Assembly: GCA_973895155.1 (NCBI GenBank) | Contig: OZ316892.1 | Coordinates: 2,111,223 to 2,175,222 of the forward strand | Reading direction: 5' to 3' | From: Marsupella aquatica | Lineage: Eukaryota; Plantae; Marchantiophyta | Length of the DNA: 64,000 bases | Part shown: piece after piece, positions 1 through 13,997 of the stretch | Layout of the letters: each line of letters opens with the position of its first letter | How positions within the stretch are numbered: position 1 is the stretch's first letter | Translations under genes and position numbers: made by a program | The notes under the pieces: generated by a model | Seen by the model: only the letters and a program-made list of their open reading frames with translations | What the model was told of the DNA's origin: nothing | The model's database searches: none

Positions 1-719
1 CAACCCTAAAACTATCTAGGATAAAATTGCCCTCAATTTGGGTTTCCATCTAGGTCATGGACCTAAATTTATTAAAGTAGCTTACTGAAAAAGGTGGGGG
101 GGGGGGACAGCAAACAGGCGAGACAGCCAAATTTAAATTTCGGGTTCTGCTAGGAATCAAGGATATTAAAAATATTTTCAAAGCAGGTTCCACTGGGAAG
201 CAAATATATCAAAATCTCACTCGAGGAAGGAGGAGCCAGAGCGGGTCCCGCGAAAATCTTTCCACCAAGACCAGAGCTGTTCGCGCAGTGAACTAACCAA
301 TTGAAAATCGCATCGAGGAAGGAAGGAAGAGCCTCGGAAGTGGAGGCCTCGAATCCAAGACAGCGGCAGGCGGACGGACATGATGGCCACTGTTGCTAAA
401 TAGAAATGTGTGCGCTCCAGGTCTCGACACAGCGACGACGCAACGACGGAGTGGAGTAGGACCGGCGACTTTAGTGCGAGAGGGAGGGCTGAGCGATGGA
501 GGACGCGACAGAGGGGATCGCGGTTGAGTGGTGACGCATCGGAGCCCTCCTTTTTTAATCGAATAACTCATCTTTTAATGTTTCTGGCCTTCAAGGATCG
601 GAAGCTATCTGCCTCCGGAATCTAATAGGGAGTGTCAAAGTCGTATAGTTCACAGTCTTTGGTAATTCATGAATTGTGACTTGTATTATACTACTGTACT
701 TTGGTAGCGAGATTCAGAT

Positions 720-1270
720 GCGATGCACAAATCCAGATGAGGACGAAAGATATCAAGCACAAAAAGTTTCAAGCTTGGGAAAGATGTCAAGCAAACAGCT
801 TTAACTATTTGGTCACTAAAATTATTCTAATTGACAATATTATCACATTCTTTTTTTATTTACAAAAATATAAGTTTCATATATGGATGACAAGTTCACC
901 AAGTTAATTGGGGAACTATATATGGAACCATATTTGTAAATATAAATTAAATAATGGTAGAATTGTAAATTCAAACATCTTTAGTGACAATGTACTTAAA
1001 AGTTGATCAAGCAAACTGATGTTGAGTGGAAAAAATTGTCAAACTGATGTCCAACAACAAAGGTGTCAAAGGAGAAGATGTCTAAGGAAGAAAGCGTCAA
1101 GACAAAAAGATGCAGTGAGAAAAATATGGTAAGCAAAAAAGTTGATGATTGAAAAGAGCTCTTGAATGGAAGTGTTGTTGAGAGAAAGTGTAGTCTAGTG
1201 GAAATGTTTTACAGGAGAAGTGTTGCTGGTCAAAAGTTTCCTCGAGAAAAGTGTTGTAGTGTGGAAAGCA
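720..1270. repeat. Degenerate short-unit tandem repeat (AAGATGTC/AAAGTGTTG-like), interrupted by a MITE
   Basis: Recurrent aagatgtc/gatgttg/aagtgttg motifs; reverse-complement relatives (gacatcttt, caacatctt) form the array at 61340-62040. Confidence 0.45.
796..1005 (-). mobile_element. Mutator-like MITE, copy 1
   Basis: Inverted termini CAGCTTTAAC..GTCACTAAA / TTTAGTGAC..TTAAAAGTTG. 10-bp flanks gtcaagcaaa (786-795) and atcaagcaaa (1006-1015). The core is the reverse complement of the 5689-5910 copy. Confidence 0.75.
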
Positions 1271-1665
1271 AAGGGAGTAGATCATAGTGGGATGAGTAAG
1301 GGAGGAGAACCTTTAGTGTGAGCTGCAAAGAGACTTATTGCATCCACATCACTGACGGTTGAAACATATGTTACAAATGAAAATAATAGCCAAAAGGTAA
1401 GGGATGAATTATGGACATATATTAAATGAGGACACAGAAGTGTTGGCATGATGGAAAGTAAGTCCTTGTGAAATGTGTAATTATGTTGTGAAAGTGTGTG
1501 AATATATGCAAAACTTTTGACATCACAAACAATGTGCTAACTCATGATATGCTCATTGCAAAAATTGTAGCTTTCCATAGAATCTGTGTTGTCAATGATG
1601 TAGAAGATGATAGACATCATGGTTTGGAATCAGGTGTGGTGGATGCAAGGTGCCAAAGTTCTCAT

Positions 1666-1911
1666 TAGGGCATCTCAAAGCTTCAAACTTGTGGATGATA
1701 GCTTTTGGCCAGAAATAAATGGCCATAGAATTTTCACAGGTTATGGAAAATAAAATAAAATTCCCTAGCCTCTAACTTATTATGGGCATGGCATATGACC
1801 AGTCTATATGACAAAAGTTATGTATTATGAATTTGGTTACCATAACTCTGTCCATAACCTTAATATCTACTAAGTTAAGGTCAATCAAATGTTGAAGTTT
1901 GAGAACCTGTA
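1666..1911 (+). mobile_element. MITE (TAGGGCATCTCAAAG family), degraded copy
   Basis: Same left end and internal motifs (ttttcacaggttatg, aaaagttatg, tccataacc) as 32972-33225; the right end aagtttgagaacc is degraded. Confidence 0.55.
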
Positions 1912-4099
1912 TTGCCTTGTTTCCTAACTCTCATGCCAGATATTTAAGGCAAAGGAGTTAGATACATAAACTGAGGCAGTTCATATATCTGGCCTCAGTT
2001 TCCCCCACCCCCAATTTTCCATCCCCGCTCCAGCTCCATTTGCGCACCCTCCCCCCACGCACACACACAAAAAGAAGAAGCAGAAAATAGGAAATACTCC
2101 CCTTCTATCTGCCCTCATTTCCTTTTTCCACCCTTCCTTTATTTTGCTCCCAATTTCTAAAACTGCAGATATTAGTTGCTACTGTAAGTTATATTTGCCT
2201 AATTGAATAAGAAATCTCGTCACTTGTCCTGTTTCTAGTCCATCTACGTAACCATTAACTCTCTCCCTTCTGACACACCACTTTTCTCCCTTTGGCTCCT
2301 CACAATTCTCCTCACCCCATCCACTCCCCTGCTTCTCCCCTCTTTCTCCTGCTTTCCCTCTGCCCACCCACAAATAATGGTTGTAGGCTGTGCAACTGCC
2401 CCCATGCCTAAGTGTCTCCCATGCATGAAGGACGAGGACTACTCTCTGTGCCAAAGCACCTCGCACAGCTCACTTCAACCAAGTGCTGCAGCGCCAAGGT
2501 CCACCCAAAGGTTCCCAAGAACACCAAAACACAACCTGGCCAAGAGACCAAAGACAACCCAAGAGATGGGCCAAGCAGTCCCATTCTCCCTGGTAAAGGG
2601 AGTAAGCAACTAGCAAGGGTATTGCTAGTATGCCAGAACAACATCAGTTCATTGACAATGCACTCACTGATCCCAATCCATATAGTTTGGCAAGTTGCAC
2701 TGCTGCATCCAAGCACCCATATTTCACATATTCAAGCAAGGGACCACATGCAGCCTGTCCAATCTCCTCCCAAGGTGGAGTTGACACCAAGCCTTCAAGA
2801 TCCCATCTCAAACATGATGGGTGCGACCATTGGTGGGATGATTTTGCATAGTGGCTCTCCATGTCATCTCAATGATTTCAGTCAAAATCTTACTCAAGCT
2901 CCCAGCCTTTCTCATACTTCTAGTATGTTGAAGAGTAGCATGAATGTGCACAAGAACATCATGGAGAGAGCTGTGCAGAATTAGCTTGAAAGGTGCATTG
3001 TTGTCTTTCAATTTAAAGGATGCGACCGACAGGCAATCCCATGAATGAGAAGGAGGAAGCCAAGGTTGCGGTCCATTAGCAGTGTGAATCTTGCCAAAGT
3101 GTACACTAACAGTACCTATGTTTGTCCCATCAAATGGCACTACTAATAGTCTACAATGAAATGGTGAGGATTGCTTCCCACCCAAAATGCAACTGATATG
3201 CAGACCAAAAATGCAACTGATATGCAGACCACGGGAGAAAATGGCACGATTGCAATGATACTGTATTGATATGACCACATGTTTCATGTATCCAGAATTT
3301 CATGTTACTAATCCCTGACTACAAAGGACGAGCTCCATAGTACTTTTTACAGTTTTTTTCTTGTTGGCTAGTGCAGCTAATGTCACTTTTGCAAAGGAGA
3401 AGATGCTAGTAATATTCTATATCTAATTTTCCAAGACTATTCCTGACCATTGGATCTCCCTAGAGGATAAACATCAGATACTGATTTATCGGGTGTGTGA
3501 CCAATGGTATGTCTGACTGACAAATTTCAACAAAAGTGGCAAAAGTTTATCATTGCAGATATATTTGCCACTGTAACAAGGTGCCATGCTCTGCAAGATA
3601 AACTGAAGAAAAAAGTTTAAAATAAATTTCTTTTGTCTATGGAACAAGTTGCACTCAAACGCTATGGCCAAATGCTGTTGACCGTAGCTCTTTGGAGATT
3701 TGAGCCGCCCCAATAAAACTATGTGTAGGATAACCTATCCCCTTAAGCAGGTTATGGGGTATAATCTCCAAGGGCAGTCAGCTTGAGGGTGGTTGAAGGC
3801 CATGGGCCCCAAAGAGGAATTGGCTTGCAGAATATAATCTGGACGGGAGAATAGTGGAAAAGCTATTCTCCAATAGCACAGATTAAATCAGAGAATCCCC
3901 TGCCAGGCTGGCACGGGGGGTTAGGGGCTCATAACCTTGGGGGAGGTACGAGGAGGATTCATAAATAGGGTTCGAGGCATGAGAGATGATGAAAGCTCCA
4001 AGTTTCATATCTGCTTATGAGCCCCGTCTAGGCAAGGCTCTCAATAAGTTTGCTTTATGAAAAGTGTGGTCCCTCCACTTCTTGTCATCAACTCTGCCA

Positions 4100-4340
4100 C
4101 AAAACTGTTTCTCTTTATAAGACTAGCTCAAGAGGTAGATTTAGTTAGGAGTCCCTTGCCTCATGGAGAACCATTTTTGACTAGCTTTAATGTCCAAGAT
4201 TTGCTCATAAATAGATGATGGAACCTGTTTCTCTTTATAAGCCTAACTGAAGACATATATTAAGTTAGGTGTCTCTTGCCTCATATAGAACCATTCTTGA
4301 TTAGCCTGGATGCCCAAGCTTTGCTCATAAACAGATTATG
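4100..4340. repeat. Tandem duplication, about 120-bp unit x2
   Basis: ctgtttctctttataag...cttgcctcat...gaaccatt...ttgctcataaa occurs twice, about 120 bp apart. Confidence 0.7.
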
Positions 4341-4484
4341 GGTACCATTGTGTAGGTTTTGTTTCACCCCAATGGTAGCTCATGTAGAGTCAAGGTTTAG
4401 GGCTTGCTAATGTGAGTTGTCTATCGATAGATTTTGAAATATAACGACACACAATATTTTGACACATGGGACCAAGCCTACTTG

Positions 4485-4760
4485 GAACCATTTGATTAGC
4501 TTTTTGTCACATTTGCTACGACTGATGTGGACCTCGGTCCGGTTGGGTTAGTTTTAGTCCCTCTTTCTTGGTTTTTAGGGGTTCCCTATTGCTCATTTCT
4601 TACTTTTAGTTCCTCTTTTTCGGTGTTTTGAGGTTCCCTTTTGTTCACTTCTTTTAGGTTTGGTTTTGTCCACTTGGACCCTCTTTTGTTTGTTCTTGTG
4701 TACAGTGTTTGGTCCCTTTCTATAAAAAGTGTGTGTATGTTACTTGGAAACAAAATAATT
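4485..4760 (+). mobile_element. 3' UTR remnant of a CRE-like non-LTR retrotransposon
   Basis: attagctttttgtcacatttgcta...gacctcggtc...ttcttggtttttaggggttccctattg matches the sequence directly downstream of the RLE ORF at 62640-62978. Confidence 0.6.
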
Positions 4761-5050
4761 CAATGCCCCGTTGTGCATCCCTAGTTGTTACTGTAGACCA
4801 CTACTGCTATATGTTGACAGAGGGCCTAACTTAGGCTTAGCTCAAATCTTCGTCATTGCAGCAGATTAAGATCAAGTTGGGGAAATGAGCCATGGCTCTA
4901 GCGAGAACTCGAGAATTGTGACCTCAAACTTTTGTAAAATGACGATAAGGGTAGTTGTTAAGGTTTTATCTTTTTGCCAGGTGGTGAACCTCACCTAGTG
5001 TGAAAGTGAAGTAAGAATACCTCTTATCTAATTTGCCAAACCCTTATCCC

Positions 5051-5430
5051 TTAGATCCCTCCCTGGCCTTCCTGTGCGATTTACTCCAGAGCTTACATGG
5101 CCGTCCAGTTTCTGATCAGTAGGGTCTTACATCTTAGTTTGCTTCTTTGTGGCTTTTTGTTGTTGTGGGGGACTCACTTTTTGTTGGCCAGGCCTCCCTG
5201 GCCTTCTCATCGTCTTTTGCTGTTTTTCTCCCTTTATTGGGTCCTTTTGCCTTTTGAATCATGTCTCCCTTTATTTGGTAACGAACAGGGGTTTAGTACA
5301 TTTTGACTGTGAAGACTCGACTTATTTGGCTCTGTGGTATGAGGGTTTTCGCATTTTTTTCCCCTTTATTGGGTGTCTTAACTTTGGAATCGTGTTTTTG
5401 AGTTTGGCTCTTTTGTTTGTTGGTAGTGTA
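5051..5430 (+). mobile_element. 3' remnant of the second CRE-like subfamily
   Basis: tagatccct...tgcgatttactccagagc...cagtagggt...ccctttattggg matches the minus strand of 56700-56935. A further piece lies at about 6430-6600 (minus). Confidence 0.5.
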
Positions 5431-5688
5431 ATATATATCATACATATTCAAGAATGAATGAAAATAAGACGAGGCCTATTGGTTTGTAATGACAATAGGC
5501 TGAACACTAAGGGTTGTGACATTCTTGTTTGGCATAAGATGTACAATAATTCCAAAAATACATTTTGGGCTGTTTTATGGCCCCTGTCACAAAAACCAAA
5601 CTTTGTTCAGCCAACTAGTGTATTGTGTAGATAGCCAGCCATGATTGTGAAGAACTGGCAAGAAAGTACAAGGTTCAAAAAGACAAAA

Positions 5689-5910
5689 CAGCTTTTAAAG
5701 CACATTGCCACTAAAGATGTTTGAACTTACAATATTGCCACCATTTTTTATGTATTTACAAAAATGTCACTGTTCCCCCTACATAGTTCCCCTGGTTACC
5801 TTGGTGAACTTATCATCCATATACAAAACCATGACATTTTTATAAATACAAAAAAATAGTGGCATTATTATCAATTAGAACATCTTTAGTGGCAAAATAC
5901 TTAAAAGTTG
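5689..5910 (+). mobile_element. Mutator-like MITE, copy 2
   Basis: Long inverted termini CAGCTTTTAAAGCACATTGCCACTAAAGATGTT / AACATCTTTAGTGGCAAAATACTTAAAAGTTG. Perfect 10-bp TSD AAAGACAAAA at 5679-5688 and 5911-5920. Confidence 0.85.
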
Positions 5911-8196
5911 AAAGACAAAAACCCTTCATTTTGTTTGCTCCATCTATACTCACAAAAGTATTAAGCCACCTCACTCAGTCGAATCACTTTGCCTAATGGA
6001 TGGGTTATGAGCTGAAGCAGTGGGCTCAACTTGTACTTGTGGCAAGGAATAGATTCTAAGCTACTAATCACCTTGCTACTGTAGTAGTGTTTTCTAGGGA
6101 TGAAAATTTGCAGATGGACAGAAGCCATCCCATGAACAAACCATATTGGCCCTTATAAAATCACAATGTCAAGAATTTTTCGTAAATGTCTAGTCTAGGA
6201 AAAGACATCCATAGCAATTTTCATAATTATCACAAATACGAGTCCTGTTCAGGTCACGTAAAAAGGGGATCCTGGTCTGTTGTTTGAGGCAATGTTATAC
6301 CAGTTACATTAGTCCCCCCAAATCAAATAATGCATTGGACCTCCACTAGACCCACCATGGGACCACTATACAATCCTGTTCAGATGTTACACACAAATTT
6401 CCCATGCCTTCTTAATAGATAGGAGCATCGCCTGATTGCCTTCATAACATACCAGACTGCGAAAGAACAATAGGGGGCAAAAGATGTCACACCCCAGACG
6501 GGATCTCAATAAAGGGACCCAATAAAGGGAAGAAAACAAGAAAAAGACCAGGGATGACAAACTTGCCCAAAAACCCAAGAGCCAAAAAGCAAGATCCTGT
6601 CAAACACTCAAGTCTCACTGTTGGAGACTGTTGGCATCAAGTTTATCTTCTTCCTCTTTATATTTTTTGCCTTGAAACCAAAAGCAAACTCATCCAACAG
6701 GTGATAATTAGATCTACCAATGGACCAAGCACCTTTATAGACTAGTCACAAAGGGACTAGTATACCCATGGTTCTAAGTATCTGGAGGGAGACAGGGTTG
6801 AACTAGGGCCCCAAAGGAGCCAGCCAGGGGCTGAAGAGAGTCCAGTACTACCACAACTAGGCCACACATATCCTCCACACACTTTATTCACAAGTATTCT
6901 AAAGGGGCCTTACAAGACTATGAGAAGATTTATTCACAAGCATTATAAAGGGGCCTTACGAGGGCTATGATGCCAAACTTCCCTTTCTACCTATGAGATA
7001 CAATCCTAGCCATTCAACTCTGAGAACAGGCCAAACTTCACTTTCCATGAGAATGGGGGCACAGTCTGGCAAAATTATTGCTAATCCTAGTAGCTTACCA
7101 CCCACTGGTGGGCCCTTGTGTTTTTCCTTACGTGGCCATGACTTTTGAATAAAGAGCTTACACCAACTCTTGAGGTAGTCAACAGAATGGATCTGGTCAG
7201 GATTTTGCTTTGCTTTTATTTATCTAAGTAGCTATTTTTTTCCTGATGTCGCAGTGCTTAAACCTGGATGGATCTGGTCTACATTTATTTTGTCTAGACC
7301 CGACATATTTTGGCTCATGGATTTTGCCGTTAGTGGGTGCAATGGACCTGACTTTTGCAATGAGTGAAGAGAAACATCTTTTTTTTAGCAGCAGAATTCA
7401 GTACATTCCACCTCTCATTATTACTTTGCTATTTTTGGCTAGGTTTTCAGCCATTTCCCCACTTGCCCACCGATCCTATTAGCCCAATTCTAATGATCAT
7501 CCTTCAATCCAGGGAGACCTTACTGCGAGGATTCAGCTCCAATACTAGATAAAGAATATTTCTAGCATATTGTCCTTCACAAAAGGCGATATTGAAGAAA
7601 ATCTCATAAAGCAATAGCCTAAAAGTTTCAAATTCAGCCCAAATAGATTGAATGTTTGTGCCCCAAGTTCCTGAAAGTTCCCTTAACTATTTTGTCAATC
7701 CAGCCCAAAATTTAATAATTATGTACTGCTTACATGCTGCGGGATAGCACTACGTACTTGTACAACATGCGACTACCTAAGAATACCGTGGATTCCCCCT
7801 GCCCTTTGTCTGCCATTGCAGTATCGGTCATAACCGGTTAGCTAGAGGAAGGTTAGTCATCAGACAGTCATGTCCCTGCCGGTCCAATTTCCATTGCCAA
7901 CTGGGCACAGGGTCTGATTGATGGAATTGTGTTTGTTGCAGGTTAGCCAAACGGGGCGAATGGCATGCGGTCAATCATATCTACTTAGGGTAATGCTTGC
8001 TTTATTGGGAAGAAAGTGAGATGCAGTTAGGATTTGAAAATGTCATTTGATTCACGCTAAGTCCACAGCTGTGAGAAAAGATTTACAATGCATAATAACG
8101 TATATATGCACCATAGCCTCACTATGCTGTCCTATGTGCATCAAGCTTCTCTCTTTCACCCACTCAGTATTCATCATCATAAATCTCAAGAGAGTG

Positions 8197-8220
8197 CACA
8201 CACACACACACACACACACA
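8197..8220. repeat. (CA)n microsatellite
   Basis: Direct reading. Confidence 0.95.
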
Positions 8221-8699
8221 AGTATTCTCTCAAGGTTTATCCCTCTCAAATGTACCTGAGGGTCTCACTATTTGGAGCTTCCGACATCACGTTTTTTGGT
8301 CAGGTACACCCTAAAACTTAAGAAGCTTTTTGCTAATTGTTGTACCCCTAGTAATTTGGAACCAAATTCTTATCCAGCTTTAACTTTAGCCTCATAACCA
8401 GACTAATTTTAAAATCAATTGGCTCCATCCTTATAACCTAAAAGTGAAGGTTGTGGTAAAATTGATGCCTCAATGATTCTCCTGAAATCTGAAAAAAGTA
8501 TTGTACAAATAAATTTATCAACAGGCACTACAACACCTCCCAGAATAGTAAATAATTTGTCAGACCACCTCAATATGGCCCACAATGGAAATAACACTAC
8601 TAAAAAAGGTTCCAGAATTTGAAGGGAACCTTGCCCTTGGACCACTCCCACACCTGGCAAGTGCATGTTTGGCAAATGCTTTGCATTTTAGTCTATTTC

Positions 8700-9000
8700 C
8701 ACTAAGGATAAAGAGAATGGATAAGGCCCAAAGGATTTAACAGAAAATTCTTCCACTTTGAATAGAGTGATTGGATGATGGGGAGATATTAGATATAATT
8801 AATGTTTGGTGAATGCGTTCTCCTGTTGGAAATCTTTGACAACACTTTTACTACTACCAGTTCATTGATAGCAACAATGATTTTGCAAACTCCTCTAAAG
8901 ACGCTTCATATAATAATGTGCCAGATTTTATGGTTTGTTCAGTGTGAGGCTCCCTCATCACATGGATCCGTTGTTACAATAAACAATGCCAAGTCAATGG
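8700..9000 (+). mobile_element. Highly degenerate L1-type LINE RT remnant
   Basis: Frameshifted translations GP-GFNRKFF and LIATMILQTPLKTLHIIMCQ resemble the LINE RT motifs GPDGFxxEFF and KILANRLxxxLxxIIxxxQ. Confidence 0.3.
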
Positions 9001-9329
9001 ATCTTAGTTGTCTTTCTACTGAAGCTTGCCATAAGACTTGTAAGAATCTCCAATAAAGGGCCATATCCCTTTTTCCTCACCCTTTAATTTAGACAAAGGG
9101 TGTTTGTGGCACTTGGGCTCAGGTATTCACTACCGTTCGTAGAGCAGAGACGGACAGTTTGTTTATGGGTCTTATAGAAGATTTCATTTGGTGACCCTCC
9201 TATGAAGTTTATTTCAGAGCTCTTCCAGACTTTTCAATTTTCTACCCAGTAGGATATTAGTATTCTAGACCACTTAGTGGATTGTTCGGTTGGTTGTTCT
9301 CATTTGGCTGTAGGGGCCCTCTGCCTTAT

Positions 9330-10120
9330 TGGGCCTTTTCCTCTTCTCTGGAATTTCCGGGCTCCTTTTTAATGTTACAAGAATACATGGTTGGTGTGCA
9401 CTAATCCATGAAAGGCACTTATCCATAGCACTCCGGTGTGAACTGTGTAGGGCCTCTTGGTTTTCTCTGGCAGGAATTTTTCCCCTCCTTTTGAATTTTA
9501 AGAGAGTACATGGTTGGTGTGCACTAATCCATAGAACTCCCATGTGAACTGCGTAGGAGGGTCAAGCTAAAAAGTATCCTACTAGAGACCCTATATCCTC
9601 CCTCCTCACCTCCACTAAGAAGAGTTAATATCTGAATTCTCTCTCGAGCTCATTCACTCGAATTTTAGGAGTACTACATAGCGATCAAATCTTTTGTCAG
9701 CAAAAAAGTATCTTACTAAAGACCATATATACTACATTCAGGGCTAAGGATCCCTAGAAAGTCATTAATGACTCTCCATACAAAGTATCCTCCTAAAGAC
9801 CCTATATTCTTCATTCAGGACTAAGGGTCCCTAGAAAGTCATTAATGACTCTCCATACCCCCCATTGGATGCTGCCTGCTCTATATTTATTATTCAAATA
9901 AGTATAAAAAAATGGATTGAGTTGGGAAGATGGAGGTCGTGAGTTCAAAACCATGCCACATGGCTACAGATTTTCACACCAATACCCACCCAAAAGTGGG
10001 GATCCAAAAAGCTGAATTATCCTACCACCTCACCTCTACTAAGAATAGCTAATGTCTGAATTCTCTCTAGAGCTCATTCACTTCAATTTTAGGAGTACTA
10101 CACTAGATAGTGATCAAATC
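9330..10120. repeat. Cluster of local duplications
   Basis: About 120-bp unit x2 (tacatggttggtgtgcactaatccat); about 78-bp unit x2 at 9705-9858; a dispersed pair at 9600-9690 and 10025-10120. Confidence 0.7.
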
Positions 10121-13100
10121 TATTTCTTCGTCACTACCGTAGCAAAAAAAGACGGGGGTGGGATGGAGAGCAATGATCATGTGAGAGATCGCTCCGTCAT
10201 TCAACTCGAAGCTTGTAGCGTGAAGTACTGAAGTGAGTTGCGAGATCCATGCAATAATGATGTGGTCGTTGGTCGGGGTTGGGTACGAGAAAGGGAGAGC
10301 AACACGCTGAACTGCATTGCCTATGCGCGGCGAACGGAAGGCGTTGCAAAGTTACGTAGCTAGCAAGTGGCAGAAGTCGGTGAACCATCTTTCTTCGAGG
10401 TCGTTCGAGTTTGGACTTTTGATCGGTGGTGAATATCGTACGTGGGATACATGCTCTGTAGCTGAGCTCCAGGTTTTAGTGAAGTTGTCGCCTAAAACTC
10501 ACATTCAGGTTCGATTTCTGAGCCTTTGATTTGATTTAAATAGCTTTATTCGCGCCTCTGTCTTGCCACACTTTCAGAGTTTCGATGTCGAAGCCATTGT
10601 GAAATTGGCTTTACTCGGTCCTCTTGCGACCTTGGTCACCTTCAGAGGTTCAAGTTCTGTGCCTTTTCAATTTGATTAGATTTAATGGCGCCTCGTGCCT
10701 CGTGCGGCCTTTCGAGATCGCCATCCATGCAAGGGAGGTGCGTTTGGATATTTGGTCGGGGCTCAATATCACGGCAGACAATCATGTTTGGTACCTGATC
10801 GAGCTCCGGGTATCAATGAAACTGTTAGCCAGCTTCAGAAGTTGGATTTCTGAGCCGTTTTGCCGTTTTGGTGCACTTTTCTTCTGGTCTCTTACGGCCT
10901 GTGGAGATCTCCTTGCATGCATCTCTCATCTAACCCGTACTAAGAAGCTGCTTCTTGGAAGTTCTAGCATTTGAGTGGCGAGGCAGTAGCTCTACATTAT
11001 TATAAAAGATCATAATCATAACTATTTAGTCTGACCGGTCTAAATAGACACAGGTACGTCCAGACATGCAGACATTCTGGCGTCCGCGAGAGTTCTCTGG
11101 ATACTGTATTGTGCGTGGACACGACTATGAATTATGAACGATCAAGGGTTTTATCTCGATACGTAGACGGGTTTGAGGAGGTATAGGTAGATTGCTTGGC
11201 AATGGTTCGAAACCTCCAGTTTAACCCTAGAGCAAACCGAAGTTAAGGAGGAAATTGACGTAAGCCTAGACTTCCTCAGAGACCCTTATTTCAGTACCGT
11301 AACTTCAGTTTACTCATCTAATTGCAATACCTATCCCCGAGCGAAAAGCGTCCAGGGTACGGATGACCAAAACCCCTGCCTAGCATCTTCATCTCGAGTG
11401 TCAGTGTAATCAATCCCCCGCTTTAAGATCATGATCTTAGTTGAGGGGCAGCTGCTTCACCTTTTCAGTCTTCAGTACTGCGGACTAGAAACAATAGAAG
11501 TAGAGACATAATTATGCCATGCTGCACAAGATAGGGAAGCTACAAATCAAGAGAGACAGAAATTTTTTGTAGTATAGTATTCCGGCTCGATTCTGTTCGT
11601 ACAGCGGGACCGTCTTCGATTTCCGGTGAAGAATCTAAAATATTAACATAGGTTACACCGTTTTGTAATCTTTTACCAAATTTGACTTTCAACGAGAAAA
11701 TTAGAATGAAATTCAACAACCGCTGAACCAAGGGCAGTGCTCTGATCGACAAACAGAACACGCATCCCCTCCCATATCGTTCCCCATATATGTCCTTGCC
11801 CAATGGTGCCACGTTTCCCGTTTCTTTAGAAGTTTCTCTCGAAATGATAGTAAATTATGTCGAAGTATTCCATCCGTGCCCAATGCATGCCGCGCCATGA
11901 CTGCGCCTTGCCACCTTTCTTCATTCTTGATACTCTTTCTTAAATTTCCAAACCATGAAAACGAAACTTCGATGCGGGGATCCTGGCATTGCCCGTGCAT
12001 GAGGCCATCGCAATGATCACTATAATCTGGCTGACTGGCTGGCTAAGATGCTCTAGTCTACGCGAGACATGTAAGAACAAGTTCGAGGCAGATGACCACA
12101 ATAGTATCTCCAATCATTCCATTTCTAGAAGTATTTCACATGCCCAAAGTGAGTCCGAAGTCCAGCTTGCTCTGCAGAAAGTGCTTCTGGAGCTCTAGTG
12201 TCGGTTATAGGTGTTGAACTTACTATTCCAAGCGTAGGACGTTCATGAGCACTCAGAAAACCCAGACTAATTGTCACCACTATCGATTAACCATCACACA
12301 TATCAGTGTATATGCTGGTGCAATGGAAAAGTTTAAAAAAGTAACAACGATTGAGTTGAGAGGTACGTCTAAGTTCGGCAACCACCTGGAAATTTGCCTG
12401 GCATCCTATCTGGGTTTACTTATGTACAGGCAGTCGGATTGCAAGGGGGAGGGCCGCAAGCCAAATAGCGAGTTTCCAGAAAATCGTCAGGCGCCAATGA
12501 AGGATTCAAATCCGTCACTCGGGAAACATTGGTTTCGCCCCAGACCAGGAGTATCCTTGTTGCTAATGACCACATTCCAAGCCTGCATTTGAAAAATGGT
12601 CATGGGATATGAAGGTCTACTTCTAGAGGATTTCAGTTTGCTGCAGTGATACTATAGCTTTAGTTTTTGCAGCTGTGAAGAATGATTTCCGTCGAGAGGG
12701 GGAGATTTTTAGACGCATGCCGTTCATTATAGCTTTGTACAAGCTCATCGTCCTCCCCGAAAGTCTGGTTCGTTTGAAGGTTGGCTGTCGTGACGGCGGA
12801 CGCTGGGGCAGAGTGTGATATTTTCAAGCATGTTGAGGACAGATTGTCTTAGGCCCGTACTCAGCTGAGGCTGCGGAGTTAAAACCCGAGAAGTTAGTGG
12901 AGGTCGTGGAGGTTCGAAGACATTCAGGAAACACGTCAGTTTCTGAACGGTTGCGATGCGACGGATTGTCTTAGGCATTGACATTTAAACTGGAAAATTG
13001 AAGTCGACCACTCAATGCCAGTAGTCTGAGAAAATCTACGAATGAATCTCGTATGATAGAAAGAGGAAAAGACGAGGTACAAAAATCATGGGACACGATA

Positions 13101-13997
13101 AGATGCAACTTGTTCCCACTTGTCAGCACTAGAGATATTTTGGCAAGACTCACCCAAGTGGTTTTGACTTTTCAATTCTCACAAAACTGATAGAAAAATC
13201 TCAGTGCTTGCTAGAAGCTTTGAGCAATGTCTATCGGTTCAGGGTTTGAAGTACAAACGTAGAGAGGCGTGGTAAACGATTGCTATAGCTCTGTAAAAAT
13301 TATCCTGGTTTGAACGAAGTTTTACCCCCCGAGAGATCGAGTTGAATACAATTATCTTCCAGAGAGATATCCTCTTGCAAAATAAAACGGAACTCATTTA
13401 TGCACATGAAAGTACTCAGGACTACCAGATAGACTCTGACAGCAAAACTTGAATAATGACGGAGAACATAATTTACATTTCGTGAACTTGGTGGCCTCAT
13501 CCACCCAAATCCTGGTTTTTGAGATTTACACAGGAAGACTGAGTAACATGTAACCTGAGACCTGTCAAGAACTCTGCCGAACGATTCTTTTGGCTGACTA
13601 CCTGACAAGGTTGTGTATCATGAAGTCCTCTGAAGCTCTCGTCGGTGACGAACTTCTTTGGGGTGTTGCACTTGCTTATCAAAACTCATATTGTAGCTCG
13701 ATATTCGTGGGAGAGAATCGACTTGCCTTGTCTTCTATTTTTCAATCCACCATTGAAGACAGCGTATTGGCTGTTTCTTCACCCTCAAGATAAAAACATC
13801 ACCTGGAAGCGAGAGTGATAAAATCATAGCTTTCAGCTTGCCTACAAGTCTCAACCTCTGCCTGTCTCAACATGTGCCTCAATGGTAGCATCAAGTTCTT
13901 CTTTCACATCCTTGGATTCCTCGTCATCGTTCATCCGTATCTTCCATTTGCTCGAGGCTAGAAAGAGTTGACCAGAACCCTCGCCAGCTATGAAAAC

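Noticed and set aside
9905-9965. tRNA or tRNA-derived SINE head (GGTCGTGAGTTCAAAACC)
   Set aside because: Only a B-box-like motif; no cloverleaf, clear A box, tail or TSD.
10150-13900. Protein-coding gene between the repeats and NOP53
   Set aside because: The short ORFs show no recognisable motifs. Splice-like sites could belong to an extended NOP53 3' UTR or a non-coding transcript.
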